Below are positions 51,555 to 61,060 of a stretch of 64,000 bases of DNA, one piece after another. Under the pieces are notes generated by a model. It made no database searches. It saw nothing but the letters and a program-made list of their open reading frames with translations, and had not been told where the DNA came from. Numbering within the stretch: the first letter of the stretch is position 1; each line of letters starts with the position of its first letter. This DNA comes from Cyanobacteria bacterium P01_D01_bin.156 (GTDB lineage Bacteria > Cyanobacteriota > Cyanobacteriia > Phormidesmidales > Phormidesmidaceae), in contig JBCCQQ010000031.1 of the NCBI GenBank assembly GCA_039024555.1, forward strand, positions 1-64,000. The letters are read 5' to 3'. Made by a program: the position numbers and the translations under genes.

Positions 51555-52136
51555 ATGGCTGTTTCTCAACCGACGGATGCCTATTTGCAGTCCACCGACA
51601 TTATCGACTGGCATCATCCAACGATTCGCGAACGAGCTAAAGCCCTGGCAGCAGGAGAAAACAACGCTACGAACATCGCCAGACATTGTTTTCACTGGGT
51701 CCGTGACAATATCCGCCACAGTTTTGACTACCAGCTCAACCCAATTACCTGTCGTGCCTCCGATGTGTTGCACCATCGCACCGGTTACTGCTATGCCAAA
51801 AGCCATCTACTAGCAGCTCTGTTACGGGCCAACCAAATTCCGGCAGGTTTTTGCTATCAGCGCCTGAGCATCGATGAACAAGGGACTTCCTATTGTCTAC
51901 ACGGGTTCAACGCAGTTTATTTACAAGACGTTGGCTGGTACCGTGTCGATGCCCGTGGCAATCACGATAGCATTAACGCTCAGTTTACGCCTCCCCAAGA
52001 ACAGCTGGCCTTTATCCTCCAGTTTCCAGAGGAGACTACCTTTCCTGACATTCTATCTAATCCGTTAGATAGTGTTGTTAAAACACTTCAGAAGTACCCC
52101 ACCTGGGATAGTCTTTACAAAAATCTTCCTGAATAG
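51555..52136 (+). CDS. Transglutaminase-like domain protein
   Basis: GYCYAKSHL (Cys), LHGFNAV (His), WYRVDARG (Asp). Confidence 0.9.
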   Translation: MAVSQPTDAYLQSTDIIDWHHPTIRERAKALAAGENNATNIARHCFHWVRDNIRHSFDYQLNPITCRASDVLHHRTGYCYAKSHLLAALLRANQIPAGFCYQRLSIDEQGTSYCLHGFNAVYLQDVGWYRVDARGNHDSINAQFTPPQEQLAFILQFPEETTFPDILSNPLDSVVKTLQKYPTWDSLYKNLPE

Positions 52137-52291
52137 GCATCGAAGAACAAGAAGGAGTAGGGATATCAAGGTTTTCTAATGATCTAATGCTCCCGTAGTT
52201 AGATTATGGACAAATACATAAAGTCCTACACTTTACGCTACTTCATTTTGGCCGAGGGGAACTCTGGGTAGAGTTGCAAGCGAAAGAAACC

Positions 52292-54097
52292 ATGGATTGG
52301 CCAATTTATTCAATTGAGGATGCTCCAGAGGATTCAAAAGCATCCCTAATCCAAGCCAAAGAAACTTTCGGATTACTGCCCAATTCAATTGCTGTTTCTG
52401 CTGAAGCTCCAGCTCTCTTAAAAGCTGGCATGGTCCTATGGAAATTATTTGAGGATACCAGCTTCAGCCCCATTGAACAGCAAGTCATTTACTTAACAGT
52501 CAACTTCACCCATAACTGTCACTATTGCATGGCTTCCCATAGTGCTATTGCCGATGCAAGTGATATGTCTGCCGAAGATCTCGAAGCTTTACGAAAGGGG
52601 ACCCCACTTCTAGACCCCAAACTACAGGCTCTGCGGCGATTTACCCAAAGAATGATTGAGACCAAAGGGCAGGTCGAACAGCCTGAAGTTCTCACTTTTA
52701 TGGCCCATGGCTATACCAAACAGCAAGTATTAGAAATAGTCTTAGGCGTCGCCATAAAGGTGATTCATAACTATACTAACAACATTGCCGAGACACCCCT
52801 AGATGAGATTTTTCAGCAATATGCTTGGTCACGGCCACCTCATATCTGGACCGATCAGCAACTGCAGCTGGTGTTTGACCATTTGCCGCAACGGATTTTT
52901 TGGAAAAACCAACAGCTGCAATATGTGGGATGCAATCAAAAGTTTGCAGAAGATATAACCGTAACATCCCCCCATAAACTATTTGAAAAAGTAGATCAGG
53001 AGTTAGGAGAACATCGACCTGAAATTTTTGATGAGATCAATCAGTTAAGCATCCTAGAAAGTGGTATCGGTCAAACAAATCAGGAACATTCCCTGGTCCA
53101 GCCAGATGGCAGTGTTCAATGGTTCAACAGCAACCAAATCCCTTTGCAAGATCAAACGGGTAACGTCATTGGATTGTTTTGCTCCTATGAGGATGTTACT
53201 GAGCGTAAGCAAACCATACATGCCCTAGAAACGGCTAACCGCCAACTAGCCACCCAGACGGCTGAGTTAACCCAAACCTTGGAAGAACTGAAGCAATATC
53301 AGCGACAGTTAATTCAGGCTGAAAAAATGTCGAGCCTAGGCGAGATGATGGCCGGTATTGCCCACGAAATGAATAACCCCATCAATTTTGTTCGAGGCAA
53401 TCTGACACCTTTGAGCAATTATTGCCAGGATTTACTGGATCTAGTAGAAACATATAAAACCGAATATCCCCAGCCGACCCAAGCTGTTCTAGAAAAGCAG
53501 GCAGACATTGATCTGGATTTTGTGTCAAAGGATTTGGGAAATGTCTTATCTTCACTAAAATTAGGTACACAACGCCTCCGAGATATTGTCTCGTCGCTCC
53601 GAAATTACTCGCGTCTAGACGAAGCTGCCATCAAGGAATTCGATATTCATGAGGGTATCAACAGTACCTTACTCATTTTGAATCATCGCATTAAGCACGG
53701 TGTTGAAGTCATTAAAGACTTTAGCTCTTTACCTATGATTCAAGGCTCGCCCGCTCAGCTCAATCAGGTATTTACGAACATTCTCGCCAATGCCCTAGAT
53801 GCAATGTTTGAAGCTGACTGTCAGGCCAAACAATTAATCATTAAGACGCAACAGCTTGACGCTAAACACATTCAAATTAGCTTCCGTGATAACGGCCCTG
53901 GCATTCCACCTGAAATCCAAACCAAGATTTTCGATCCCTTCTTCACCACCAAAGCCATCGGTAAGGGCACTGGTCTGGGATTAGGTATCTGTTTCAAAAT
54001 TATTGAACAACATCATGGGAAGATCGAAATCAAATCCAAGCCCGGTGACGGAACAACTTTTCTGATCACCCTTCCGAAAGATGTACAGCCTGCATAA
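52292..54097 (+). CDS. AhpD/CMD-like (CxxC) domain-PAS-histidine kinase fusion
   Basis: N-terminal ~185 aa CMD/AhpD-like domain ([25 protein letters not shown]) in frame with PAS (LPQRIFWKN), H-box IAHEMNNP and HATPase; start ATG 52292 (TTG at 52274 is possible). Confidence 0.85.
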   Translation: MDWPIYSIEDAPEDSKASLIQAKETFGLLPNSIAVSAEAPALLKAGMVLWKLFEDTSFSPIEQQVIYLTVNFTHNCHYCMASHSAIADASDMSAEDLEALRKGTPLLDPKLQALRRFTQRMIETKGQVEQPEVLTFMAHGYTKQQVLEIVLGVAIKVIHNYTNNIAETPLDEIFQQYAWSRPPHIWTDQQLQLVFDHLPQRIFWKNQQLQYVGCNQKFAEDITVTSPHKLFEKVDQELGEHRPEIFDEINQLSILESGIGQTNQEHSLVQPDGSVQWFNSNQIPLQDQTGNVIGLFCSYEDVTERKQTIHALETANRQLATQTAELTQTLEELKQYQRQLIQAEKMSSLGEMMAGIAHEMNNPINFVRGNLTPLSNYCQDLLDLVETYKTEYPQPTQAVLEKQADIDLDFVSKDLGNVLSSLKLGTQRLRDIVSSLRNYSRLDEAAIKEFDIHEGINSTLLILNHRIKHGVEVIKDFSSLPMIQGSPAQLNQVFTNILANALDAMFEADCQAKQLIIKTQQLDAKHIQISFRDNGPGIPPEIQTKIFDPFFTTKAIGKGTGLGLGICFKIIEQHHGKIEIKSKPGDGTTFLITLPKDVQPA

Positions 54098-54104
54098 TAT
54101 TTCC

Positions 54105-54195
54105 GGCGTTGCCGATCCTCGGGATGATTTTTTCTGCAAGAGTCTGGCACAGTTGAGCGTCGCCAGCTCGGTCCATCCCATAAATCAGCAACGGC
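54105..54195. mobile_element. 91-bp MITE-like element, copy with perfect 8-bp TSD
   Basis: GGCGTTGCCGAT...ATCAGCAACGGC flanked by atatttcc on both sides. Confidence 0.8.
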
Positions 54196-54290
54196 ATATT
54201 TCCTTACGTTTACTCTTCTCCTATCCACAAAAAATCTAGTTTCAAGAAGATAGTCCGATACAGATTTCTGCAAGAGCATGTCTGACATAG

Positions 54291-54686
54291 CTAATCCTGT
54301 GCAGCTTTGTAGGCGGCCCAGCCGCCGTGGTGGGAAATGTCGGGCCAGTTATTTTCTTCGATTAGATTTTGGGGATAGAGCATTGCGATCGCACTTCCCC
54401 CGCCATCTAAACTCACCTCTGCCGGATACATGTTGGGCGGTTCTGTGGAAACTAAATAGTCGTATTGCTCTGCCGTAAGTTCGTACAGCTCACCAGGAAT
54501 AGAAATCCCGTCTGATTCCGCCGCATAAATGCCAGGGTGCCAGCCATCCTTAACCGCATGCAGCCGATAGCTGGCCGTGGTTTTGGCCTCCCGCAAAAAC
54601 GTAGCAGATTGCAAGTTGCCATGGTCCGGCTGTCCCCGCAGGGCAGAGCCGCAAATGAATACCACCGTTGTCCCCTGATCAGCCAT
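54291..54686 (-). CDS. Gamma-glutamylcyclotransferase-fold protein (allophanate hydrolase C-domain-like)
   Basis: VFICGSALRGQPDH, AKTTASYRL, IPGELYEL, WPDISHHGGWAAY; AGGAG RBS before ATG 54686. Confidence 0.78.
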   Translation of the reverse strand: MADQGTTVVFICGSALRGQPDHGNLQSATFLREAKTTASYRLHAVKDGWHPGIYAAESDGISIPGELYELTAEQYDYLVSTEPPNMYPAEVSLDGGGSAIAMLYPQNLIEENNWPDISHHGGWAAYKAAQD

Positions 54687-54720
54687 GGAGCCAGTCTCCT
54701 TTTTGTATTGCGGCATCAGA

Positions 54721-54762
54721 GTAACTGTCGTTACAGATGGAGTCAGGTAAAATTCATACAAT
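54721..54762 (+). promoter_or_regulatory. Canonical NtcA-activated promoter
   Basis: GTA-actgtcgt-TAC (54721-54734), 22-nt spacer, TACAAT -10 box (54757-54762). Confidence 0.8.
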
Positions 54763-54846
54763 AAAAAATTAGTTCATCAAAGTTAAATTGCGTGTGATTA
54801 CTCACATGCCTTGAAAAAGGTTTTTGATTCCTAGGGGGTATCATCT

Positions 54847-56157
54847 ATGTCACCAGTTAGCGTTGCATCGTCTACTGCTGTTAAGCCCCTGGCCATCAAT
54901 GGCAAACGCCTGATGCAAATGATGACCGATGTGGCAGCCATTGGAGCATTGCCCAACGGGGGTGTACGGCGGTTGGCCTTTAGCCCAGAGGATGTGGAAG
55001 CGCGCAACCTGGTGAAAGGCTGGATGGAAGCCGCCGGGATGACGGTCACCATTGATGCCGCTGGCAATATGATTGGCCGCTATCCGGGCCGTTTTCCCCA
55101 AGCACCGGCCCTAGCGACTGGCTCCCATTTAGATACGGTCCCCAATGCGGGCATTTACGACGGTACCTACGGCGTGATTGCCGGTGTGGAAGTGGCCCGC
55201 ACCCTACACGAGCAGGGAATTCGTTTGGATCATCCGGTGGAGGTGATTATATTTGCCGATGAAGAACGCACCATGATCGGCAGCAAGGCCATGGCTGGTC
55301 GGGCCAACCTGGACCCTAATTTTTACGAACACCCCCACTATGAACCCATCGAAATGGGGGTGGCGTTTATCGGCGGTGACTGGATTCACCTGACGACGGC
55401 CCAGCGCAGCAGTTTGGCCGCTTTTGTGGAACTGCATGTGGAGCAGGGGCCGGTGCTAGAAGCGGCGGGTAACCCCATGGGGTTGGTGACGGGTATCGTG
55501 GGCCAGCGGCGATACATCATTGATATTGAAGGTAGTGCCAGCCATGCCGGGACCACTCCTATGACCATGCGTCAGGATGCTTTGGTGGCAGCGTCTCAGA
55601 TTGTACTGGCTGTAAACCGCATCGGCGGCAAAACCGGTAACGGCTATGGGGAACAGGTGGCTACTGTGGGGGCCATGAAGCTATCGCCTAATGTGGCAAA
55701 TACGATTCCGGGTCGGGTGGAGATGACTCTGGATATTCGGGATTTGTCGAACCAGCGGTTGGATGCCATGGTGGCTGAGCTGGAGAAAGAAATGGGTGCG
55801 ATCGCAGCCTCAACTGGTACTAATATTTCGCTTAAACCCCAGCTACGGAACGAGCCGGTTCCCGTTAATTCCCACATTTACAACACCATTGCTCAGGTAT
55901 GTGACGAGCTAGCTCTGCCCACCCAGGCTTTACCCAGCCGCGCTAGCCACGATGCTCAGATTATTGCCAACATCACAGACATGGGCATGATTTTTGTGCC
56001 CAGTCAGGGAGGCGTTAGCCATTCTGAAACTGAGTACACTTCACCTGAGCATTGCGTTCAGGGGGCAAATATTTTGCTACATACTCTTCTGAAGCTAGAC
56101 CAGCACTACCGTTGTCCTGAAACTGTTGGTGATGCTAAAGCCAAAGTGAAAGCCTAA
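54847..56157 (+). CDS. M20 Zn-dependent amidohydrolase (allantoate amidohydrolase/N-carbamoyl-amino-acid hydrolase family)
   Basis: GSHLDTVPNAGIYDG, FADEE, FVELHVEQGP, HAGTTPM, SRASHDA, GVSHSETE. Confidence 0.92.
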   Translation: MSPVSVASSTAVKPLAINGKRLMQMMTDVAAIGALPNGGVRRLAFSPEDVEARNLVKGWMEAAGMTVTIDAAGNMIGRYPGRFPQAPALATGSHLDTVPNAGIYDGTYGVIAGVEVARTLHEQGIRLDHPVEVIIFADEERTMIGSKAMAGRANLDPNFYEHPHYEPIEMGVAFIGGDWIHLTTAQRSSLAAFVELHVEQGPVLEAAGNPMGLVTGIVGQRRYIIDIEGSASHAGTTPMTMRQDALVAASQIVLAVNRIGGKTGNGYGEQVATVGAMKLSPNVANTIPGRVEMTLDIRDLSNQRLDAMVAELEKEMGAIAASTGTNISLKPQLRNEPVPVNSHIYNTIAQVCDELALPTQALPSRASHDAQIIANITDMGMIFVPSQGGVSHSETEYTSPEHCVQGANILLHTLLKLDQHYRCPETVGDAKAKVKA

Positions 56158-56198
56158 TGGGTCTTCTTGTTAAGATTTCGGGTCAACCAGAGCTACAG

Positions 56199-56396
56199 TC
56201 AACGATGTGTAATTTTTGTCTTAATTACCTCAAACATCGTAGAAAACCAAACTCTAAACTGACTCCCAATAGTTTTTGGGGCACTAGACTTTCTAGCTTC
56301 ACGTTCGGCATCGATCTGCCGCATGCGGGCAGTCCATGCTTCTCGATCTATACGCATAGCGTCAATTTTTTTACGCATATCACTAAAATTAGTCAT
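56199..56396 (-). CDS. Small basic hypothetical protein
   Basis: ATG overlaps the upstream stop (ATGACTAA). Confidence 0.55.
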   Translation of the reverse strand: MTNFSDMRKKIDAMRIDREAWTARMRQIDAEREARKSSAPKTIGSQFRVWFSTMFEVIKTKITHR

Positions 56397-56616
56397 CAAG
56401 CCTCCTATTGATTGCTTCTAGCTCATCCATAATCTGTTTTCGCCCCACGGTGGTTTCATTAATAAGAATTTCGAGAATCTCATCAATGCTAGAGAAGCGA
56501 CGACTGCACTCCTCCATAAACTCACCAAGGGCCTCAGTTGTAATACCTAAAGATTCGTTAACACTATCAATTCTGTTGCGCAGCTGACTGATGGCCTGCT
56601 GAGTTTCGTTATCCAT
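56389..56616 (-). CDS. Small acidic coiled-coil hypothetical protein
   Basis: ATG overlaps the upstream stop (ATGGATAA); heptad-like pattern. Confidence 0.6.
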   Translation of the reverse strand: MDNETQQAISQLRNRIDSVNESLGITTEALGEFMEECSRRFSSIDEILEILINETTVGRKQIMDELEAINRRLDD

Positions 56617-56818
56617 GGTGCTCAGCATCCTTTGCTAATGCCTCGCGCGTTGCTTGGATCCCGCGTTTTGCCAAAATCAGTAGTTTCTGACTATCCGGCA
56701 TCTGCTCCCAAACATCTTCTGGAATGCCTGCCAGCTCTGCAAATTCTTCCAGCTCTTTCTCAATGCCACCGATATCTACACTAATGCGACGGGTCTTAGA
56801 TTTTGAGTCTTTAGCCAT
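56609..56818 (-). CDS. Small hypothetical protein, possible ribbon-helix-helix DNA-binding fold
   Basis: KTRRISVDI beta-strand-like N-terminus followed by helices. Confidence 0.6.
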   Translation of the reverse strand: MAKDSKSKTRRISVDIGGIEKELEEFAELAGIPEDVWEQMPDSQKLLILAKRGIQATREALAKDAEHHG

Positions 56819-57371
56819 GAGAATTATCGTAGCTTCAATTACAGGCTAGCATCATGTGCATCAAGTGTTGCATGTATTAAGAAAATGCTAAAGATGCCTG
56901 ATTGTATGACTTGTAGCTTGAATTGATGGCCTATCGAGGAGCTGAGCGGCGGTCAAACTTTTTGCATGATGTCTGGATTGTGTAACTCCGTTTACTCATC
57001 CGCTTAACTGCTAGGAATTTTTGTGTACGGTGCTACTTTTTGCTTGAGTATCAGCGATAGTGCCTAAGGATTAGGGTGTACAAACAGAAGAACATAGGCG
57101 AGTACTTGTTAGCATCAAACTGGGTCACACAGCAGCCTTGAAACAAATAAAATGGCTAAAAATTCTGCTGTGTAAGGCTTTTAGGTCTAGAACCAGAAAA
57201 TCTAAAGTTTAGTGGAACTTTCCTTACGATTCGGGTGGCCATTGATAGGGTTAACCTCGGTTGTCGTCTAGACGACATTTAAACATCTGCCATGTTCACT
57301 AGAAACAGTTATTCCTAAACGATCCGCCCATAGTTGTATCAGCCTCGAATCCACAGACAGCACAGGAGAGA

Positions 57372-58562
57372 ATGACCATGGCGGTTAGCGCTGATCGGTC
57401 TTTTCCATCAGTATCTCAAGAACGTCCATCTCCCGATATATTGGCCAAGGCAGCAGCCGGTGTTGCCCTACGGTCAGTGACGAAAAAATACGGTTCTGTA
57501 ACGGCCATTGAGAACATGACCCTGGACATTCCAGCCGGGGTTTACTGTTGTCTGTTGGGTCCTAGCGGTTGCGGTAAAACTACGGCCCTACGGATGATTT
57601 CCGGCCATGAATCCGTCACCAGCGGTCAGGTACTGATCGATGGGGAATGTGTTAACGAGCTGCCTGCCGCGAAACGGAACACCGCCATGATGTTCCAGAA
57701 CTATGCCCTGTTTCCCCATAAGACAGTTTGGCAAAACGTTGAATTTGGCCTGAAAATGCAGCGGATGCCAAAGGCGGAACGCCAGCAGCGGGTCAATGAG
57801 ATTTTAGACCTGGTGGGCCTGGAGCATACGGCTAAACGCAGGCCGCACCAACTGAGTGGTGGTCAGCAACAGCGCATTGCTTTGGCCCGAGCCTTGGTAA
57901 CTCGACCCAAGGTGCTGATGTTAGATGAACCCCTCAGTGCCCTAGATGAAAACTTACGGGTGCGCATGCGGGGGGAGCTACGGAAAATTCAAAAGCAGTT
58001 TGGGCTTACCTTTATTCAGGTAACTCACCATGTGGAAGAAGCCTTCTCCCTATCGGATCAGATCGTAGTAATGAACCACGGTCACATTGATCAGGTGGCC
58101 ACACCTACCGAGTTGTTTAACCGGCCAGCGTCTAAGTTTGTAGCCCGCTTCATTGGCGACAACAATATTTTTACTGGCAAAGTGCTGGCATCTACACCCT
58201 TGGAAAATGGCCAAGATTTACTCCAGCTCGATGTGGAAGGTCTTGGGTCTATGTATGCGGTGGGGCATGGTACTCCTCCAGGAACGGAGGCTGCTTGTTG
58301 TGTACGGCCTGACCTACTCACCCTAGAGAAAACGGATGAAGCCCCGCAGGCGTATCCTTCTCCGACAAACTCTGTTACCGCTCGCATTACCCAGGTAGAA
58401 CTCACTGGATTTGTTACCCGTGTGGCTTTGCTAACAACGGCTACCGGACAACCTCTACTGCATACGCTACGGACAGTAGACTGGCAAAGGCTTGCTCTGC
58501 AAGAAGGTCAGACTATTTCACTGAGATGGTCTGCCAATGACTGTGTTTTCCTAGCCCACTAG
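57372..58562 (+). CDS. ABC transporter ATP-binding protein (PotA-like)
   Basis: GPSGCGKTT, LSGGQQQR, MLDEP, TOBE-like C-terminus; AGGAG RBS. Confidence 0.95.
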   Translation: MTMAVSADRSFPSVSQERPSPDILAKAAAGVALRSVTKKYGSVTAIENMTLDIPAGVYCCLLGPSGCGKTTALRMISGHESVTSGQVLIDGECVNELPAAKRNTAMMFQNYALFPHKTVWQNVEFGLKMQRMPKAERQQRVNEILDLVGLEHTAKRRPHQLSGGQQQRIALARALVTRPKVLMLDEPLSALDENLRVRMRGELRKIQKQFGLTFIQVTHHVEEAFSLSDQIVVMNHGHIDQVATPTELFNRPASKFVARFIGDNNIFTGKVLASTPLENGQDLLQLDVEGLGSMYAVGHGTPPGTEAACCVRPDLLTLEKTDEAPQAYPSPTNSVTARITQVELTGFVTRVALLTTATGQPLLHTLRTVDWQRLALQEGQTISLRWSANDCVFLAH

Positions 58563-58636
58563 CCCGCCACGTTCAGACTTGTCTGAACGAATGGGAATTC
58601 ACAGAGCTCACTTGACTTTACTTCTAGGAACTGACT

Positions 58637-59941
58637 ATGGCAAAAATCACCCGTCGTAAATTACTTTACACAGGCTTGGCTGCTGGTGCGGCGGTTACCA
58701 CCGCACGCTGTGCTGCTCCCAAGGGGACTCCCAACAATCCGGCCCCTGGTCCCGAGGTGAATACTAACCAGATCAAGGATGTTACGCTACGCCTAATTGG
58801 TACCGGTGTTTCCCAGATCAATGAGATTCGCGACAAGGCTCAAGAAGATCTGGGCTTCAAGCTGGAAATGCGGGCATTGGGTACGACAGAAAATAACCAG
58901 ATTGCCATTACTCAACCTGATCAGTACGACATTTTTGATGGTGAGTACTTTAGCCTGCCGCTGGTAGTCCCCTCTGGTAACCTGCAGCCCATTATGGTGT
59001 CTAAAATTAAGGACTGGGACAAAATTGTTCCCTTCTTTACCTCGGGTAAGTTTGATGGCCTACCCGTTGAAAAATCCCAAGGTACGGCTCCCTACAAGGT
59101 GATGTATCTAACCGGGGCAGATTCTAAGGAATTTTCTGCCACACCCACAGACTTTGCTACATTAATTCCCTTCCAGTACAACGCTGACACCCTAGGCTAT
59201 CGCCCTGACCTGGTGGGTCGCACCATTGAAAGCTGGGGAGAGTTGTTTAACGAGGAATTTAAGGGTAAGACTTCTATCCTAAATATTCCTCAAATCGGCA
59301 TTATGGATGCGGCCATGGTGGCTGAAGCTCTGGGTCTGATGAGCTTTGGCGATAAGGGCAACATGACCAAGGCAGAAATCGACCAGATTACCGATATCCT
59401 TAAGGAACAAAAAGCCAACGGACAGTTCCGCGCTTTCTGGGAGACCTTTGATGAATCGGTTAACCTGATGGCCCAGGGCGAAGTGGTACTACAGTCTATG
59501 TGGTCTCCAGCGGTAACTGCGGTTCAGTCCCAGGGAATTGAGTGCATCTATGCACCTCTGAAGGAAGGCTATCGCGGCTGGGGCGGCGGTATTGGTCTAT
59601 CTAAGAATCTCAGCGGTATCCAGCTCGATGCAGCCTATGAGTACATGAACTGGATGCTAGAGGGCTGGGTTGGTGCCTTCCTAGGTCGCCAGGGATACTA
59701 CAGTGCAGCACCTGAAAATGCTAAGAAGTATATGTCCGCTGAGGAATGGGACTTCTGGTACGAGGGTAAAGCCGCAGCTACCGATATGGTAGACCCCTTT
59801 GAGAAGACTCTGGCTAAGGCTGGTGTTGTTCGCGATGGTGGTTCCTTTAAGGAGCGTTTTGGCAACATTGTTTGCTGGAACTCCACTATGGAAGAGAACA
59901 CCTACCTGGTGCAGAAGTGGAATGAGTTTATCGCTTCCTAG
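58637..59941 (+). CDS. ABC extracellular solute-binding protein (PotD/PotF-like), Tat lipoprotein
   Basis: TRRKLL twin-arginine signal, Cys after the hydrophobic stretch, SWGELFN, QSMWSPA, EGYRGWG. Confidence 0.88.
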   Translation: MAKITRRKLLYTGLAAGAAVTTARCAAPKGTPNNPAPGPEVNTNQIKDVTLRLIGTGVSQINEIRDKAQEDLGFKLEMRALGTTENNQIAITQPDQYDIFDGEYFSLPLVVPSGNLQPIMVSKIKDWDKIVPFFTSGKFDGLPVEKSQGTAPYKVMYLTGADSKEFSATPTDFATLIPFQYNADTLGYRPDLVGRTIESWGELFNEEFKGKTSILNIPQIGIMDAAMVAEALGLMSFGDKGNMTKAEIDQITDILKEQKANGQFRAFWETFDESVNLMAQGEVVLQSMWSPAVTAVQSQGIECIYAPLKEGYRGWGGGIGLSKNLSGIQLDAAYEYMNWMLEGWVGAFLGRQGYYSAAPENAKKYMSAEEWDFWYEGKAAATDMVDPFEKTLAKAGVVRDGGSFKERFGNIVCWNSTMEENTYLVQKWNEFIAS

Positions 59942-59948
59942 GTAAGAT

Positions 59949-60180
59949 TCCCCTCTTGGGAGGGGTACAGGTCAATCGGGATGGGTGCTCGGCCACTAGT
60001 TCTAACCGTCACCCATCTCTGCTTTTTCCAGACTGTATATACGTAACTGGAAGATTATTGACATTAAGCGTGACCAGCAACGGTTCCCCTTCGCAAGGGG
60101 AACCAACTGAGGGGTTTTCGGTTGTTAGTGCTGCTTTATCCAGACCCCTCCCTGACAGTTCCCCTTATTCAAGGGGAACC
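59949..60180. repeat. Cluster of stem-loops between the SBP and permease genes
   Basis: ccctc-ttgg-gaggg; ggttcccctt-cgc-aaggggaacc (60082-60104); gttcccctt-attc-aaggggaac (60158-60179). Confidence 0.65.
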
Positions 60181-60202
60181 CATTGCAGACTTATTTTTTG
60201 TT

Positions 60203-61060
60203 ATGGCTAAAGCCTGGACGAATGTAAAGCCTTATATTCTGGCAATGCCCCAAGCGATCGCACTGGGGATTTTCTTAGTATTTCCCATTGTCCTAATTGG
60301 TGTGGTCAGTTTCTGGGAGTTTAACGGCTTCTCCATGACCCCGGCCTTTACCCTGGACAATTACATCGGCATTTTTACCTCCGATGTCACCCTTAGAACT
60401 TATCTAAATACCTTTAAATTTGTTGGCCTCACCTGGCTGTTTACGTTGCTCATTGGCTACCCAGTGGCATATTTTTTGGCGTTTCATGTGCCAAAGCTGC
60501 GGTGGCAGGTGTTGTTATTTTTGCTGTGTACGATTCCTTTTTGGACCTCTAATATTATTCGAATGATTTCCTGGTTGCCCCTGTTGGGGCGGGAAGGGTT
60601 GGCCAACCAGTTACTTATTGGTGCAAACATTACCCAGGAGCCGTTGGAATTTCTACTCTATTCTGACTTTGCGGTGATTCTGGGGATGGTGCATCTCTAT
60701 GTGATTTTTATGATTGCGCCTATTTTTAACAGCTTGATGCGCATTGATCGCACCCTGGTGACCGCCGCTGAAGATATGGGGGCTTCTGGGTTTAGCGTCT
60801 TTAAGGAAGTGATACTGCCCCTGTCGGCTCCGGGGATTGCCATTGGCTCCATTTTTATTGTCACCCTGGTGATGGGAGAGTTTGTAACCGTACGACTTAT
60901 GGGTGGGGGACAGGCCGCGTCCATCGGTAAACTCATTCAAACCCAGATTGGTAGTCTACAGTATCCCTTGGCAGCAGCTAATGCCATCGTCTTGTTGGTC
61001 GTTACCCTAACGGTGGTGATTTCGATTTTGCGCCTGGTGGATATTCGAAAGGAACTATGA
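60203..61060 (+). CDS. ABC permease (PotB-like)
   Basis: LIGYPVAYF, IPFWTSNIIR, EAA-like LVTAAEDMGA; start ATG 60203. Confidence 0.92.
   Translation: MAKAWTNVKPYILAMPQAIALGIFLVFPIVLIGVVSFWEFNGFSMTPAFTLDNYIGIFTSDVTLRTYLNTFKFVGLTWLFTLLIGYPVAYFLAFHVPKLRWQVLLFLLCTIPFWTSNIIRMISWLPLLGREGLANQLLIGANITQEPLEFLLYSDFAVILGMVHLYVIFMIAPIFNSLMRIDRTLVTAAEDMGASGFSVFKEVILPLSAPGIAIGSIFIVTLVMGEFVTVRLMGGGQAASIGKLIQTQIGSLQYPLAAANAIVLLVVTLTVVISILRLVDIRKEL

Noticed and set aside
56982..57023. Second canonical NtcA-activated promoter for the ABC operon
   Set aside because: GTA-N8-TAC is present but has no TAN3T box 21-23 nt downstream; kept only as a possible binding site.
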